Below the pieces are notes generated by a model. The model worked only from the letters and a program-made list of their open reading frames with translations. It was not told the origin of the DNA and made no database searches. A DNA stretch of 50,713 nucleotides, from assembly GCA_022969175.1 (NCBI GenBank), contig JALJPB010000027.1, forward strand, positions 1 through 50,713, read 5' to 3'. The DNA comes from Colwellia sp. (GTDB taxonomy: Bacteria; Pseudomonadota; Gammaproteobacteria; Enterobacterales; Alteromonadaceae). Of the stretch, positions 9,197 through 19,761 are shown piece after piece (within the stretch, counting starts at the first letter, position 1; every line of letters begins with the position of its first letter). The translations under genes and the position numbers were made by a program.

Positions 9197-10663
9197 CTAC
9201 TTATCTAAGCCTCCCATGCATAAATATTTGATTTCTAGGAAGTCATCTAAACCGTATTTAGAACCTTCTCTACCATTACCTGATTGCTTAACACCACCAA
9301 ACGGTGCTGCAGCATTTGAAATTAAACCTTCGTTTATGCCAACCATGCCATATTCTAATCCTTCAGCAACTCGCCAAATACGGCCGATATCACGAGAATA
9401 AAAATAAGCCGCTAAGCCATATTCGGTATCATTTGCCATAGCAATGACTTCACTTTCATCTTTAAAAGTAATGATGGGTGATACTGGGCCAAATATTTCA
9501 TTACTTGCCGCGGGCATATCATTAGTTACACCGGTTAAAATAGTAGGAAGATAGAAGTTTTCATTTTCACCTTTTTTGCCACCTAAAACTATTTTAGCGC
9601 CTGCCGCAACTGAGTCGTCTACTAACTTTGCGACATCTTTAACGGCATTTGCGTTGATCATTGGGCCAATAGTGACACCGTCGATTAAACCATTGCCGAT
9701 TTTAAGTTCTTCAACAGCAGCAATAAATTTTTCAGTAAACTCAGCTAATACGCCCTCTTGAACGAATATGCGATTAGTACATACACAAGTTTGTCCAGCA
9801 TTTCGGTATTTAGAAACCATAGCACCGGCAATTGCTGCATCAATATCTGCATCATCAAAGACAATAAACGGCGCATTGCCGCCTAATTCCATCGAGACTT
9901 TTTTAACAGTTGAAGCACATTGGCTAATGAGTGATTTACCAACAGGCGTAGAACCGGTAAAAGTGAATTTAGCAATGTCTGGATGTTCAGTGAGTACTTT
10001 GCCCATGCCACGGGCGTCGTCACCAACAACAACGTTAAATACGCCAGCAGGAATACCTGCTCGCTCGGCAAGTTCTGCCATTGCTAATGCTGATAATGGC
10101 GTTTGTGTCGCTGGGCGAACAACAAAAGTACAACCTGCTGATAATGCAGCTGCTGCTTTACGAGCGATCATCGCATTTGGAAAGTTCCAAGGAGTAATTG
10201 CTGCAACCACGCCGATAGGCTGTTTGATAACAATAATGCGCTTATCTGTTGATGGCGCAGGAATAGTATCGCCATAAACACGTTTACCTTCTTCGGCAAA
10301 CCATTCAATAAATGCGGCACCATAGGCAATTTCGCCTTTAGCTTCAGCTAACGGTTTGCCTTGCTCTAAGGTGAGAATACGGCCTAAATCATCTTGATGT
10401 TCCATCATTAAGTTAAACCAATTGCGCATTAGGGTTGCGCGTTCGTTGGCTGATTTGGCTGACCACATTTTAAAAGAATTTTTAGCCGCTCGTACGGCAA
10501 GTTCTGTTTCTGCAATACCGGCATTACTGACTTTAGCGACCAACTCACCTGTTGCGGGGTTGGTAACGTCAATATCGCTACTGCCCTCAGTGGCACTTGG
10601 GTGCCAGCTACCATTAATGTATGAGAAATTTTTAACTAATTGGCTATCTTTAATACCGATCAT
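9197..10663 (-). CDS. gabD: Succinate-semialdehyde dehydrogenase (NAD(P)+), aldehyde dehydrogenase family
   Basis: 488 aa; ALDH glutamate/cysteine motifs (ELGGNAP, GQTCVCTNR); immediately upstream of gabT in the same orientation. Confidence 0.9.
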   Translation of the reverse strand: MIGIKDSQLVKNFSYINGSWHPSATEGSSDIDVTNPATGELVAKVSNAGIAETELAVRAAKNSFKMWSAKSANERATLMRNWFNLMMEHQDDLGRILTLEQGKPLAEAKGEIAYGAAFIEWFAEEGKRVYGDTIPAPSTDKRIIVIKQPIGVVAAITPWNFPNAMIARKAAAALSAGCTFVVRPATQTPLSALAMAELAERAGIPAGVFNVVVGDDARGMGKVLTEHPDIAKFTFTGSTPVGKSLISQCASTVKKVSMELGGNAPFIVFDDADIDAAIAGAMVSKYRNAGQTCVCTNRIFVQEGVLAEFTEKFIAAVEELKIGNGLIDGVTIGPMINANAVKDVAKLVDDSVAAGAKIVLGGKKGENENFYLPTILTGVTNDMPAASNEIFGPVSPIITFKDESEVIAMANDTEYGLAAYFYSRDIGRIWRVAEGLEYGMVGINEGLISNAAAPFGGVKQSGNGREGSKYGLDDFLEIKYLCMGGLDK

Positions 10664-10852
10664 ATTGTTGTCCTCTTTAATATCGACTTCATCATTTACT
10701 GCTATTAATTAAAGGTAATTGATGAAAAAGTTTACTTAAGGCTATTGAATATCATTTCTAACTCAGGTTAAATGCAAAACATTCAACCTAAAGGTTTGAG
10801 TAATTCAAACTTTAAATGTTGTTATTGCGAGTTTACATCGAGAGTTAATAGT

Positions 10853-11776
10853 ATGGCTAAATATTCAATTATCCCCAAACCCGTCACTGAGTATGATTTA
10901 CGATTATTACGGATTTTTAAAGCCGTGGTAGAAAATGGTGGATTTGCTGCGGCTGAAACTGAATTAGGGGTAACCCGCTCTACTATTAGTTTGCATATGT
11001 CTAATTTAGAAGCTCGCATGAAACTTAAACTGTGCTTGCGGGGCAGGGGCGGATTTTCATTAACTGAAGACGGCCAATCTGTATATCAAGCCACGATAAA
11101 TATGTTTGACTCTCTAGATGATTTTTCTTTGTTTATTGGCTCTTTAGGTAAAGAGCTTAGTGGTGAATTGGTGATTTTATGTGCAGATCAGCTTGGCATT
11201 GCTAAACAAAAAAAGTTGGCCGAGGTCATTCAAATCGTACATGATAAATCACCTAAGTTGCATTTAGTACTCGATGGAGATTCAATTCACAATATAGAAA
11301 AATCGTTACTAAAAGATAAAGCACACATAGGTATTTTTCCCGGCTACCAACAAATTGAGGGCTTGCAGTATCAACCGTTGATTAGTGAGCCAATATACCT
11401 ATGTTGTGGTAATCACCACCCATTTTTTGAGTTGGTCGATAAAGACATCAATGCTGAAATGTTAGCCGAAGCACCGGCAATTCACCCCGGAATTGATATT
11501 GATACCCAAGGGCGAGAGCAACTTAAAAAGCTCAACCTTGCCGCCAAGGCCTATCAATTTGATACCCGTAAAGCGATGATATTATCTGGTCGATACTTAG
11601 GTTACATGCCTCAAAGTTACATTCAGCAAGAGCTTAATCAAGGGCTGATCAGAATAATAAAACCCAGTGAATTAACTTATCAGTTTGACTTATCTTTAGT
11701 AGTAAAAAAAACACCTAGGGAGAATAATAAAGTGGCCTTGTTACAACAGGCTTTCGAGACCGTTTTTACTCAATGA
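10853..11776 (+). CDS. LysR-family transcriptional regulator divergent from gabD-gabT
   Basis: N-terminal LysR HTH (LRLLRIFKAVVENGGFAAAETELGVTRSTISLHMSNLE); start re-set to the ATG at 10853 (the ORF-track start at 10772 adds a Cys-rich non-LysR extension). Confidence 0.8.
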   Translation: MAKYSIIPKPVTEYDLRLLRIFKAVVENGGFAAAETELGVTRSTISLHMSNLEARMKLKLCLRGRGGFSLTEDGQSVYQATINMFDSLDDFSLFIGSLGKELSGELVILCADQLGIAKQKKLAEVIQIVHDKSPKLHLVLDGDSIHNIEKSLLKDKAHIGIFPGYQQIEGLQYQPLISEPIYLCCGNHHPFFELVDKDINAEMLAEAPAIHPGIDIDTQGREQLKKLNLAAKAYQFDTRKAMILSGRYLGYMPQSYIQQELNQGLIRIIKPSELTYQFDLSLVVKKTPRENNKVALLQQAFETVFTQ

Positions 11777-12048
11777 TTGAGACTAAGATCCCCACTGGTT
11801 TTTTGATACATCATTATATAAACTTTTTTCAATCGACGACTCAACAGCCAAACAATACTAAGTAAAATAATAAACCTTAAGTTTTGTTTTTTTATAACTT
11901 TAAATTTTATTTGTAAGATAATCCCCGTTAACTCTTTCTAATAGTTATATTGTCTGAGATTACCTCTAATACAGATTGAACTACTCGCTAACTATGCTAT
12001 TTTTATTAAAGGTGAATTTAAACGTTCGACCCCCTAAGGTTATTGAAA

Positions 12049-12744
12049 ATGCTAAGATTGTTTTTATTATTGTTGGTAAATGTTGTATTCGTTATTCCTA
12101 TGTCTTTAGCGCAACAGGTGAAAGTTGAGGTTATAGACCCTAATGCTATCGGTGTTGAGCATATGGTGGTTTATTTGGAGCCAGTCAATAAACCACAAAA
12201 CGTAGTGATCAATAGCAAACCACTTTTAGTTGAAAAGCACGTTGTTGGACAAACAGTGATTGCCCAAAAAGATAAAGCGTTTATTCCTTATATTACCGTT
12301 ACCCAAAAAGGCCAACAGCTTTCATTTCAAAATCAAGATGATATTACCCATCACATATATTCCGTTTCAGGTAAAAATCGTTTTTCTTTTAAAATAAAAG
12401 CAGGTAAAGAAAAATCTTCGCCTGTGCTTGAGCATACTGGCGAAGTTGCCATGGGCTGTAATATTCATGACTGGATGAGTGGTTTTGTTTTAGTGGTAGA
12501 TACACCTTATTATGCACAAACTGATGATAACGGCATAGCCACGCTTGATTTAGCCACGGGTGGAGAATATCAATTGGTGGTTTGGCATCCACAATTACCG
12601 ACGAAGAACTATCAAATAGCACAGCTGATTACTGTGTCTAACAATGATGAAGATAATGAGTGGAAAATTAAGTTACCAGTACATTTATTGGCCATTCCTG
12701 AGCAAGAAAATCAGGATGAATTTGACTTTTTAGAAGGATACTAA
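12049..12744 (+). CDS. Periplasmic cupredoxin-like protein (putative type-1 copper site)
   Basis: Signal peptide; His...Cys-x2-His-x2-Met (HIYS...GCNIHDWM) ligand arrangement typical of cupredoxins; the ORF-track start at 12043 is TTG, ATG at 12049 preferred. Confidence 0.45.
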   Translation: MLRLFLLLLVNVVFVIPMSLAQQVKVEVIDPNAIGVEHMVVYLEPVNKPQNVVINSKPLLVEKHVVGQTVIAQKDKAFIPYITVTQKGQQLSFQNQDDITHHIYSVSGKNRFSFKIKAGKEKSSPVLEHTGEVAMGCNIHDWMSGFVLVVDTPYYAQTDDNGIATLDLATGGEYQLVVWHPQLPTKNYQIAQLITVSNNDEDNEWKIKLPVHLLAIPEQENQDEFDFLEGY

Positions 12745-12748
12745 ATCA

Positions 12749-15139
12749 GTGTATTTCTCCCGTAGTAGATCTTTGCAGAGCAAAATATTAGTTTTGTTTG
12801 TATTTTTATTGGTGAGTGTGCAGCTAGTGACCACATACACCAGCTATGAAGCTAATCAAGAATTGAAACGCATTCAATTAAATAACCGTTTGGTTACTGC
12901 CAGAGAAGTCTTTACAACAGAGTTTAATAATCGTCGATATTATTTATCAGCATTTGCTGAAACTGCGGCTAAAGATTATGGTCTCAAGGATATGTTTCAA
13001 GAAGATCGTAGAAGTTTTGAGTTCGCCTTGAATAATCACCGAAAACGTATTGATAGCGATATTGCCTTAGCTATAGATAAAGAAGGTATTATTAAAGCCC
13101 AGCTGGTAACTATAACCGATGACAAAGGTAATGGTAAAATACTCCCCCTGAATCGCAAAAATCAGCTAGAAATACAAGAATTCAGTCATAAGGAATGGCT
13201 ATTATCGAAACAAACCACTCAGCTATTTTTATTTGATAATGTCCTTTATCAATTGAGTTTGGCACCTATTAAAAGTGGCTCTAGAATTATTGGTTGGATT
13301 GGTTTTGGTTATATTATCGATAGTAATCTTGCCGTTAGATTTGCAGAACTCACTGATGTTAATGTGGGTTTTTTATTAAAAAGTCATGAGACGTGGCAAA
13401 TTATTGCTCATTCAGGTATGACAACAGAAGTTAGTTTTACTGATGAGTTTTCCCAGCAAATGCTGTTGAATAATAATGACGACTATATTAGTAATCAGTT
13501 AACGTTGAGAGAATTTGATAATACTAAATTTGTTGCGGTGATGTTTAAGTCTAAAGCTGATTTATTACGAGATATTCATGTAAATTGGCAGCGCTTGCTA
13601 TTACTGCTTGCCCTAACATTGGTTTTATCGCTTTTTGGCGCATGGTTGATTGCTAAAGGTATTACTAAACCGATCAAATTATTGATCAAACAAGTTCAAT
13701 TTATTGCCCAAGGTAACTATGATGAATCAGTCACTATTGATGATAGCCAAGAGCTAGCGCAATTGGCCACTGAATTTAATAACATGAAACAATCGGTGGT
13801 TGAGCGTGAAAAAACTATTATTTATCGCAGTTCACACGATGATCTAACAGACTTACCTAACCGAAGTGCATTATTAGAATATTTAACTATAAGATGCCAA
13901 CAATCCCAACCGTTTATTTTACTGCAGTTAAAAATCCTAAGACTTGAAGAGCTTAACGATACTTTAGGCCATGTGGTGGGGGATAAAGTTATTATTGAAG
14001 TAGCCAATCGATTATTAAATTGTTCATTGGTGCACAAGAGCTTTCATTTAGGAGCTAGTAATTTTATTTTGGTTGTTGATCAATGTCCTATCGAAGAGTT
14101 GATTAATGGGCTATTGCCTGATTTAGAAAGCCATTACCAGTATGAGAATATTAGTCTGCATTTCCAGTATGCCATCGGTATTGCAAATAGCGAAAAACAT
14201 GGCACAAAAAATGTTGCTGAGCTCATTCAAAAAAGCCATGTTGCACTTCAGGAAGCTCAAAAAAACAAACAATTATTTCAGGTATACGATACCCAGTTTG
14301 ATACCAATACAATTGAGCGCTTACATCTTACCAATGGTTTACATACAGCCATTGAGGAAGGGCAATTGGTACTTTTTTATCAACCAAAACTATCTTTAGA
14401 TACCATGAAATTAAGCCATGTTGAAGCACTTGTAAGGTGGCAACATCCAGAAAAAGGTTTAGTGCCTCCCGACTCATTTATTAGTATTGCAGAAAAAACC
14501 GGTCAAATGGATGCATTAACTCGATGGGTTACTCAGGAAGCGATTCAGCAATTTCTTAGTTGGCAAAAAGCTGGCACACCAATAAAAATAGCCATTAATA
14601 TCTCGGCTGAAAATTTAAAAGATAAATCGTACAGTGACTTTATTATCGCTTTAAAAGAACGTTACCAATTACCCGAACAAGCAATTACGCTTGAAGTAAC
14701 TGAAGATGCTGTGGTTGCTGATCCTGAGAAGGCCACTGAAATACTCTGTTATTTAAAAGAACATGGCTTTAAATTATCAATTGACGATTATGGCACTGGC
14801 TATTCTTCACTTGCCCAATTAAAACAGTTACCGGTACAAGAACTGAAAATTGACCGCTCATTTGTGCAACACTTAATGCAAAGCCAAGATGATCAAATTA
14901 TCGTGCGCTCCACCATTGAACTAGCCCACAATATGGGCTTGTCAGTAGTTGCTGAAGGCATTGAAGATGAAGAAACCTTGTTATGGCTAAAAGAGCATAA
15001 ATGTGAAATTGCTCAAGGGTATTTTATCAGCCGACCTTTGCCTGTTAACGAATTTGATTTATGGTTACAAGCAAGCCCATATTTAAATACTTGCACTATA
15101 GTTGAAGTAAACGAGCAGAAAATAAAAGGAAAAATGTGA
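12749..15139 (+). CDS. Membrane-bound cyclic-di-GMP phosphodiesterase: periplasmic sensor domain, HAMP, degenerate GGDEF (GASNF), intact EAL
   Basis: 796 aa; TM at residues about 13-32 and about 285-305; GGDEF site reads GASNF; EAL motif EALVRW, DDYGTGYSS and the catalytic-loop residues are present; GTG start 5 nt after the previous stop. Confidence 0.85.
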   Translation: MYFSRSRSLQSKILVLFVFLLVSVQLVTTYTSYEANQELKRIQLNNRLVTAREVFTTEFNNRRYYLSAFAETAAKDYGLKDMFQEDRRSFEFALNNHRKRIDSDIALAIDKEGIIKAQLVTITDDKGNGKILPLNRKNQLEIQEFSHKEWLLSKQTTQLFLFDNVLYQLSLAPIKSGSRIIGWIGFGYIIDSNLAVRFAELTDVNVGFLLKSHETWQIIAHSGMTTEVSFTDEFSQQMLLNNNDDYISNQLTLREFDNTKFVAVMFKSKADLLRDIHVNWQRLLLLLALTLVLSLFGAWLIAKGITKPIKLLIKQVQFIAQGNYDESVTIDDSQELAQLATEFNNMKQSVVEREKTIIYRSSHDDLTDLPNRSALLEYLTIRCQQSQPFILLQLKILRLEELNDTLGHVVGDKVIIEVANRLLNCSLVHKSFHLGASNFILVVDQCPIEELINGLLPDLESHYQYENISLHFQYAIGIANSEKHGTKNVAELIQKSHVALQEAQKNKQLFQVYDTQFDTNTIERLHLTNGLHTAIEEGQLVLFYQPKLSLDTMKLSHVEALVRWQHPEKGLVPPDSFISIAEKTGQMDALTRWVTQEAIQQFLSWQKAGTPIKIAINISAENLKDKSYSDFIIALKERYQLPEQAITLEVTEDAVVADPEKATEILCYLKEHGFKLSIDDYGTGYSSLAQLKQLPVQELKIDRSFVQHLMQSQDDQIIVRSTIELAHNMGLSVVAEGIEDEETLLWLKEHKCEIAQGYFISRPLPVNEFDLWLQASPYLNTCTIVEVNEQKIKGKM

Positions 15140-16386
15140 AAAATAAAACCCTTACTATCGCTTTATTATTACTGAACTTTAATAGTTATGCTGTAGAACA
15201 TCAGTTTAAAGGATTGATCGACCTTCGATTATACAGTGTTGATGTTATTGATAAAAGTGAGAGTTATTTAGCGGGTAATTATGGCAAGTATGGCTTTGAT
15301 CAAGGCTCTGGCATCAGCTTAGCGCAACTAGGCTTGCAGTATCATGGCAACTGGGATAATGGCTTATCTGCCACTATTGTAGTTAACGGTTATGCTGGTG
15401 GTATTGAAAACAGTGATAATGAGGCGATTGGCCTAACAGAAGCTTACTTAAGTTATAAAAGCTTACCCAATCAAAATGGTTGGCGTTACAAAGTGAAAGG
15501 CGGTGTTTTTTACCCTCAAATTTCCATGGAAAATATAGCGACTGCTTGGTCAACCCCTTACACGCTAACGAGCAGCTCTTTAAATACCTGGATTGGGGAA
15601 GAGATGCGTAGTACAGGGCTTGAATTTACCCTTGATAAATTAGGTAAATTTTCCAAAAGCGATCATGATTTTTCACTCGATGTTTCTTTTTTTCAAAATA
15701 ACGATACCTTAGGCGCTATGCTAGCCTGGCATGGTTGGACTATGGGTAGTCGTCAAACCTTAATTCATGAAAAACTTATTGTGCAGCCATTTTTTGCTAG
15801 GCAGGGAGATTTAAAAGATCAAGCTGCCTTATCTGATCCCTTTATCGAATTAGACAGTAAGTTTGGCGGTCATATTGTTGGTCGTTGGCAATATAAAAAT
15901 ACCGCAAAATTTAACATTGGTTATTACGATAATAATGCCAATGCCGATGTGGTTGAAAATGGTCAATATACGTGGCCAACAAAATTTACGCATTTAGGGC
16001 TTAAAGTTAAACTGGCGAAAAAAATAGAGCTGATTAGTCAATATATGCAAGGTAATACCTATATGCAGTCACCTTATGGTAATAAAGTCGTTGATACCGA
16101 CTTTAAAAATGGCTTTATGATGCTGCGAAAATATTGGGGAGATCATCATATCGCTATACGGTTTGAAAAGTTTTCAGTTGATGACTTAGACCAAACGGTA
16201 GGCGATAATAATAATGAATCAGGCGAAGCTTTTACTTTGAGTTATCGTTATCGCTTAAATAAACACAGTTTTATACAAACCGAATATAACTACTTAGACT
16301 CTACACGTGCTTCTCGTTATTATCTTTGGCAACCGATAAGTTTAGTTGAACAACAAGTTCAACTCGCCTTTCGATATTATTTGTAG
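15136..16386 (+). CDS. Outer-membrane beta-barrel protein (signal peptide, alternating amphipathic strands), co-operonic with the EAL protein
   Basis: 416 aa; GTGA start/stop overlap with the upstream gene; N-terminal signal peptide; C-terminal aromatic-rich FRYYL. Confidence 0.5.
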   Translation: MKNKTLTIALLLLNFNSYAVEHQFKGLIDLRLYSVDVIDKSESYLAGNYGKYGFDQGSGISLAQLGLQYHGNWDNGLSATIVVNGYAGGIENSDNEAIGLTEAYLSYKSLPNQNGWRYKVKGGVFYPQISMENIATAWSTPYTLTSSSLNTWIGEEMRSTGLEFTLDKLGKFSKSDHDFSLDVSFFQNNDTLGAMLAWHGWTMGSRQTLIHEKLIVQPFFARQGDLKDQAALSDPFIELDSKFGGHIVGRWQYKNTAKFNIGYYDNNANADVVENGQYTWPTKFTHLGLKVKLAKKIELISQYMQGNTYMQSPYGNKVVDTDFKNGFMMLRKYWGDHHIAIRFEKFSVDDLDQTVGDNNNESGEAFTLSYRYRLNKHSFIQTEYNYLDSTRASRYYLWQPISLVEQQVQLAFRYYL

Positions 16387-16661
16387 TGTGTGTAAATTTT
16401 AATCTACAATTTTCATGTTTTTATTAGATTAAAATAATTTTCAGCAAAAATAACCAATGAAATAAAAATAAATATTTCTCTTGATTTAACGCTAAGTCAG
16501 GTGTTTTCTACTTATAATATTTTGTTATTTGTAGCTGTCATATCCCTATCAAAATAGTTTAACAATTCTCTGGTAATGAGGCACAAATCTGGTAATCTCT
16601 TACCTCGTTATTTTTCTTAGCTGCTTTTTTGAGCAAAAGATAATTAATGGAGATAATATAA

Positions 16662-16670
16662 TTATCCACA
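16662..16670 (+). promoter_or_regulatory. Consensus DnaA box TTATCCACA (1 of 2) upstream of polA
   Basis: Exact 9-mer match to the DnaA box consensus. Confidence 0.5.
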
Positions 16671-16803
16671 AATATAAAAATAATAACATTGTGATGTAAA
16701 AGGATTTTTCACTTCCTTTTTTTCAATGAAATCAAACAATTACACTTGCTAGCTATATCCTTTTTATAAATCGATATGCACTTTCTGCTGTTTGTTAACA
16801 TAG

Positions 16804-16812
16804 TTATCCACA
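16804..16812 (+). promoter_or_regulatory. Consensus DnaA box TTATCCACA (2 of 2), 90 nt upstream of the polA ATG
   Basis: Exact 9-mer; same orientation as the first, 142 bp apart. Confidence 0.5.
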
Positions 16813-16901
16813 GATTTATAGATTTATCTCAACCCCGCTATAGAGTCAATTGACTGAATGTGGCATTCTTAGCACACTTTACTGCTAGCCATAAAATTAT
16901 C

Positions 16902-19652
16902 ATGTCAAATTCTTCATTATCTCCGCTTATATTAGTCGATGGTTCGTCTTATTTATTCCGTGCGTACCATGTGCCTTATTTACAGGCATTATCCACTGCT
17001 GATGGTCAACCTACCGGCGCTATTACCGGTGTATTAAATATGATACGTAGTCTTAAAAAAGATTACCCCAACGGTAACATTATTGCGATTTTTGATGCGA
17101 AAGGTAAAACTTTTCGTAATGACTTGTATCCAGAATATAAAGCCAATCGCCCACCAATGCCTGATGATTTACGTACACAGATTGAGCCGATACATCAAAT
17201 TATTGCCGCCATGGGTTTACCGCTAATTGTGACGCCAGGAGTTGAAGCTGATGATGTTATTGGCACTTTAGCTGCTCAAGCGACAGAGCTTGGTATTGAG
17301 ACCGTTATTTCAACGGGTGATAAAGATATGGCGCAGTTGGTTAACCAACATGTACGTCTAATCAATACCATGACAGATGTTGAATTGGATGAAGCTGGCG
17401 TATTAGAAAAATTTGGCGTTAGACCCGATCAAATTATCGATTACTTAACCTTAATGGGCGACAAAGTTGACAACATTCCTGGCGTTGATAAATGTGGTCC
17501 TAAAACCGCCGTTAAATGGTTAGCCGAATATGGCACATTAGATGAAGTTATGGCTAATGCCGATAAAGTGAAAGGTAAGGTAGGTGAAAATTTACGTTCT
17601 GCATTAGAGAAATTACCTCTTTCTTATCAACTCGCCACTATTAAACTTGATGTTGAACTAGAGCAAACAGCTGGTGAGTTACAACCTAAAGACGCAGACG
17701 TTGAAGTATTGACTGAGCTGTATCAAAAATTTGAATTGAAACGTTTATTAGCCGATCTACAATCAGGTAATAAAGGTAAGGTAAAAACTGAAAGTAATAG
17801 TGATGAAGACAGTGAGGATGCTGTTGTTGATTCCGGTATAGAAACTGAATATGACATTGTTTTAACCAAAGAAAGCTTTGGACTATGGTTAACTAAGTTA
17901 AAAGCGTCCGAGTATTTTGCCTTTGATACTGAAACCACTAGTGTTAATTATAGTAAAGCTGAATTAGTCGGTTTATCATTTTCTGTAGAAGCTGGAAAAG
18001 CTGCTTATGTGCCAGTAGCCCATGATTATATTGACGCACCTGAGCAACTTGATCGCGATTGGGTATTAGCGCAATTAAAACCATTACTTGAAAGTAATGA
18101 CCTTAAAAAACTAGGTCAAAATTTAAAATATGATGCCAATGTATTGTCTCATTACGGCATAAAATTACAAAATATTGCCTTTGATACTATGATCGAGTCT
18201 TACTGTCTTAACAGTGTCGCGACAAGACATAACATGGACGCACTTGCCCTTAAATATCTAGGTTACAAAACGGTAAAATTTGAAGATATTGCCGGCAAAG
18301 GTAAAAAACAACTGACCTTTAATCAAATAGACTTAGAAAAAGCGGGCCCGTATGCTGCTGAAGATGCTGATATTACTTTACGATTGCATCAAGCTATTTA
18401 TCCAAAACTCAGTAAAGCCACCAAGCAACTAGAGGTTTATAACAGCATTGAAATGCCGTTACTGCCTGTACTTGCTGGTATGGAACAACATGGCGTATTG
18501 ATTGACAGCGACTTGCTTGATCAACAAAGCACCAAAATTGGTACTCGATTAGATGAATTAGAAATAAAAGCTCATGATCTTGCCGGTAAATCATTTAACT
18601 TAAGTTCACCAAAACAGTTACAAGAGATATTATTCACCGAGCTTAAAATTCCGGTGATTAAAAAAACGCCTAAGGGAGCGCCTTCTACCGCAGAAGAAGT
18701 ATTACAAGAGTTAGCGTTAGATTATCCATTACCTAAAGTTATTTTAGAACACCGTGGTTTAAGTAAACTCAAATCAACTTATACCGATAAACTGCCTTTG
18801 TTAGTTGATCCAAAAACTAACCGAGTACATACCTCTTATCAACAAGCGGTTGCGGCGACCGGGCGTTTATCGTCAACCGATCCAAACTTACAGAATATTC
18901 CAATTCGCTCAGAAGAAGGTCGAAAAATTCGATTAGCGTTTATTGCACCAAAAGACCACAAAATAGTCGCAATAGATTATTCACAAATTGAATTACGTAT
19001 TATGGCGCACTTAAGTGATGATCCTGGATTAGTTGCCGCGTTCTCTGAAGGAAGGGACGTGCATAAAGCGACAGCCTCAGAAGTGTTTGGCGTAACTTTA
19101 GACGAAGTAACCAGCGATCAACGTCGTAGCGCTAAGGCGATTAACTTTGGTTTAATCTATGGTATGTCAGCTTTTGGCTTAGCTAAACAGCTCAACATTG
19201 GCCGTCATCAAGCACAAGAATATATGGATAAGTATTTTGAGCGCTACCCTAATGTATTAACCTATATGGAAGAAACTCGTGAACAAGCGGCAGAGCAGGG
19301 TTATGTTGAAACCGTATTTGGTCGTCGCCTATATTTACCCGATATTAAAGCTAAAAATGCCATGCGAAGAAAAGGGGCAGAACGCGCAGCGATCAATGCG
19401 CCAATGCAAGGCACAGCAGCGGATATTATTAAAAAGGCAATGTTATCAGTTGCTGCTTGGATTAGTGAACAAAATGACCCTCGTATTGTGATGACCATGC
19501 AAGTACACGATGAATTGATATTTGAAATTCATCAAGACATTGTTGAAGCAACAACGGCCAAATTGGTTGAATTGATGAATGATGCTGTAGAGTTAAGTGT
19601 GCCATTAATCGCCGAAGCAGGTATTGGCGACAACTGGGAACAAGCGCATTAA
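16902..19652 (+). CDS. polA: DNA polymerase I (5'-3' exonuclease, 3'-5' exonuclease and polymerase domains)
   Basis: 916 aa; full-length Pol I resemblance (5'-nuclease LILVDGSSYLFRAYH, 3'-5' exonuclease FAFDTETTS, polymerase motifs RRSAKAINFGLIYG, QVHDELIFE); the ORF-track start at 16860 is GTG, ATG at 16902 preferred. Confidence 0.95.
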   Translation: MSNSSLSPLILVDGSSYLFRAYHVPYLQALSTADGQPTGAITGVLNMIRSLKKDYPNGNIIAIFDAKGKTFRNDLYPEYKANRPPMPDDLRTQIEPIHQIIAAMGLPLIVTPGVEADDVIGTLAAQATELGIETVISTGDKDMAQLVNQHVRLINTMTDVELDEAGVLEKFGVRPDQIIDYLTLMGDKVDNIPGVDKCGPKTAVKWLAEYGTLDEVMANADKVKGKVGENLRSALEKLPLSYQLATIKLDVELEQTAGELQPKDADVEVLTELYQKFELKRLLADLQSGNKGKVKTESNSDEDSEDAVVDSGIETEYDIVLTKESFGLWLTKLKASEYFAFDTETTSVNYSKAELVGLSFSVEAGKAAYVPVAHDYIDAPEQLDRDWVLAQLKPLLESNDLKKLGQNLKYDANVLSHYGIKLQNIAFDTMIESYCLNSVATRHNMDALALKYLGYKTVKFEDIAGKGKKQLTFNQIDLEKAGPYAAEDADITLRLHQAIYPKLSKATKQLEVYNSIEMPLLPVLAGMEQHGVLIDSDLLDQQSTKIGTRLDELEIKAHDLAGKSFNLSSPKQLQEILFTELKIPVIKKTPKGAPSTAEEVLQELALDYPLPKVILEHRGLSKLKSTYTDKLPLLVDPKTNRVHTSYQQAVAATGRLSSTDPNLQNIPIRSEEGRKIRLAFIAPKDHKIVAIDYSQIELRIMAHLSDDPGLVAAFSEGRDVHKATASEVFGVTLDEVTSDQRRSAKAINFGLIYGMSAFGLAKQLNIGRHQAQEYMDKYFERYPNVLTYMEETREQAAEQGYVETVFGRRLYLPDIKAKNAMRRKGAERAAINAPMQGTAADIIKKAMLSVAAWISEQNDPRIVMTMQVHDELIFEIHQDIVEATTAKLVELMNDAVELSVPLIAEAGIGDNWEQAH

Positions 19653-19761
19653 CTCTTACTCTTTATATTGGTTTAGTTAGCTGAAATTTTTTTAGCAAAA
19701 GCTCGTTCTTATAAATAACACTGGCATTTGAATCCCTTTATGTCCGTGTGTTCAGTATTTT

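Noticed and set aside
8549-10712. Six plus-strand ORFs (61 to 169 aa) and two minus-strand 61-62-aa ORFs inside gabT and gabD
   Set aside because: All lie antisense or out of frame within two confidently identified enzyme genes; Ala/Pro/Ser-rich translations typical of the antisense frame of GC-richer genes.
16860-16901. N-terminal extensions from GTG/TTG starts in the ORF track (polA 16860, sulfatase 26030, TonB receptor 36404, LysR 10772, cupredoxin-like 12043, flotillin 35372, hydrolase 3968)
   Set aside because: In each case a downstream ATG with a better Shine-Dalgarno sequence and a sensible N-terminus (signal peptide or conserved domain start) exists; the extended starts are probably ORF-caller artefacts. 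GTG starts were kept for 12749, 15136 and ccoG 42339, where no ATG alternative exists.
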